Origin: Felis catus
Lineage: Eukaryota
Direction: 5' to 3'
Assembly: GCF_018350175.1 (NCBI RefSeq)
Contig: NC_058368.1
Span: 81,842,001 to 81,906,000 of the forward strand
Length of the DNA stretch: 64,000 nucleotides
Program-made: the position numbers and the translations under genes
In this document: piece after piece, positions 61,801-64,000 of the stretch
Layout: every line of letters begins with the position of its first letter
Numbering within the stretch: position 1 is the stretch's first letter
The notes under the pieces: model-generated
Databases searched by the model: none
What the model was told of the DNA's origin: nothing
The model's input: the letters and a program-made list of their open reading frames with translations, nothing else

Positions 61801-64000
61801 AGACAGTTGTTTGGGGCCCACAGATTCACAGCTTAGCAGAAGGTAGAGTCCAGAGCGGGACATGCTTGCTCCGGTGGCCGGAGTTCATGTGTCCTCATGG
61901 TGGGAGGCCCTCCTCTCTGCCCAAACCCACTTCTTCGCCAGAATTATCGTCTCCACATGAGTGCAAATCGTGAATCCTTGCCGCTGGGTTTGTGCGGTCA
62001 TAAATAGAATTTCGAGCTTTATTTCTGGTCAGCTAAGAACTTATCTGATCCATTCATTTTATACCTGTGACTTTGGAAGAAGAAACCTCTGTTGTGTCTT
62101 TCAAAATGTGAACAAGCTCATTGCAGCTGTGTGATGTACACACAAACGTTCTAGAATCAGAGTCCTCGGTGCTCTTTGGATACAGTGTGGAAGAGGTTTC
62201 CTGCCTTGGGGATAACACTAACACCACCTCAGAGAGGCGGGTGAGCGCTGGGGAGGAGGGGGTCCCTGACCGGAACCCAGCCTTGCCACCTGTGGCCGGG
62301 TGGCGCCTGGGTGTCCTCATAAAGTGGATCCGTGAGAACACCTGCCTCGCAGGGCTGCCGCGAACAGCAAGGGACGTAAGTCCGCGTGAAAAGCGCTCAG
62401 GCCGCCTGTGGGCAGGAGGCCCACAGGAGGGAGAAGAAGGGGGAGTGAGCGTCTGAGCGGCGGGTGTGGGCTCTCCAGGGTGCGGCTGGCTCGGGAGCTT
62501 TCTGAACTTGACAGATTAAGTGGCATTTGCGTGTCTAAATTGGGTGTCGAGCAAACTTTCTGGCTTTTTGTTATTCCCTTGTTGTAGCGTGCCAAAAGTG
62601 AGTCCAGGCCCCAAAGCGTGAAAACCGATTTCTTACCTCTGCAGAAGGAGGAACTAGCATTAAGTCGCATTGGTGATGTTTTTAGCAAGACTTCAGGTGG
62701 ACAAATGCCCCAGATGAGACTTCACTTTTGTCAGGTTACTTTATCTTCAAAGACAGTTTTCTGAGTGTTTTGATTTCTGAATCCTTGTGAAGGGAGGACA
62801 TGTCCTTTGATGTTTAAATAGTAACAAAACGTGGAAAGTTGTTGAGTAGACGTGCATGTTTGGGCTCCATGGTTTCTCAGTTTTATAATTTTATCCATTT
62901 GAGAATTTATCAAGTCTCAAAGGGATTTTCAGCCCTTTTATACTGTTTTCTCTTCTGAAACCCAGTCCTTAGTGCTGGCAGCGTCCCTCATCCGCACGGA
63001 CACATTCACGTGCAGGGAGCGTCTGCTGTGAGCTGACCGAGCCTGGGAGACGCCGCACGTCCGCCCTGGTGCCGCAAGACCCCAGATGCTTCGCTGCCAA
63101 CAGTCTCCAGGCACAGACCCTCGGGCGACGCAGAAAGTGTCAGAATTTCACGTGGAAGGTTCAGGCAAGCTTTCACGTGCCACACAATATTCCCAATCAA
63201 TGCGAGGAGAACATTTATTTAAAATTGTTGCAAACACAGCATAGAAAAGACCTAAGTCACCATGTTGCCTGTTGTCTGTTAGTAGGTTTCTAATTTCATA
63301 TGACTAGGGCACCATCTCTCAATTTTGTCATGATTGGTCAGGTGTGATGTGTCCTTTATTTAAGACAATGAAGCGTGTTACTCAAAAAGCTCATTACGAG
63401 CGAGCAGCTCCAGGGTCTCTCCACCGAAGATCTCGCTGCTGGTGCTCAGAGACCGCAGCGTGTCGGACCTGTGGCGTGTCTTACGGGCTATCTTGACGGA
63501 GGCTCCCAGAGCTTCCTGTCTTTGTTTGAGGGAAGACGTTGTCATTGAAAAGGGCCGAAAGGCCCTGTTACACGGTGAACAACTAGTCGTGACCGGCAGC
63601 AGGACTCCGCAGGGAATCATCATCCAGTGGGGCGGCCCGGCTGCGGCCGAGGGCAGTGCCGGGCGGTGGGGATGGGACCCAGCACTGCACAAGAGGCGAG
63701 CTTGTGGGGCGTGTGGTGCCTGTGGGCCCCAGTGCTGGCCCGACCCCGGGGAGTCATCTGTGCACGGCAGGCAGGGGCGCCAGGCACCAGGAGGGAGGAG
63801 GAGAGGCAGGTGTGTCACCTGGCCCACAGGCCCTGCCAGCTTGCACCCGCGTGTGCTGGCCGTGTGGAAATGCACTGACGCACACGTGCACACCCGTGTC
63901 ATTCTTACGAAGAAAAAGAGTCCTCCCGCCTAGTGGCTGCACGTGAAAATGAGCCGGCTGTCAGCCTGGAAGGACTTTCCAAGTACCTGGCATCTCGTTG

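Overview
This is eukaryotic (mammalian) genomic DNA, almost certainly from a cat or other felid, judging by about 14 Can-SINE (SINEC_Fc-type) copies. It is GC-rich and matches the ATP11A-MCF2L gene pair (human 13q34 synteny, from recall). Positions 1 to about 12.45 kb hold the 3' end of the P4-ATPase flippase gene ATP11A on the + strand: two constitutive coding exons, a stop-containing cassette exon, and a last exon that encodes a second C-terminus and carries a ~4.3 kb 3' UTR with a polyA signal. After a ~5.7 kb SINE-rich spacer, the RhoGEF gene MCF2L (Dbs) begins at a CpG island near 18.2 kb, with the MFDCW... coding exon at 23.8 kb. A second CpG-island promoter near 53 kb carries the MRFWL... 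first exon, and the shared downstream exons lie beyond the window. The rest is intron containing L1, MaLR/ERVL LTR, Tigger and MER5/MIR relics and several minisatellites. Nearly all ORFs in the supplied track are spurious GC-rich or repeat frames. I found no prokaryote-style novel system. The most interesting leads are splicing-level: a candidate third and fourth ATP11A C-terminal exon, an AG|GTAAGT recursive-splice-like site, a 140-nt AG-exclusion zone, extra phase-1 candidate MCF2L first exons, a UG-tract-flanked cryptic acceptor, and a 33-bp promoter VNTR. Gene and repeat-family calls rest on recalled sequence similarity, not on database searches.
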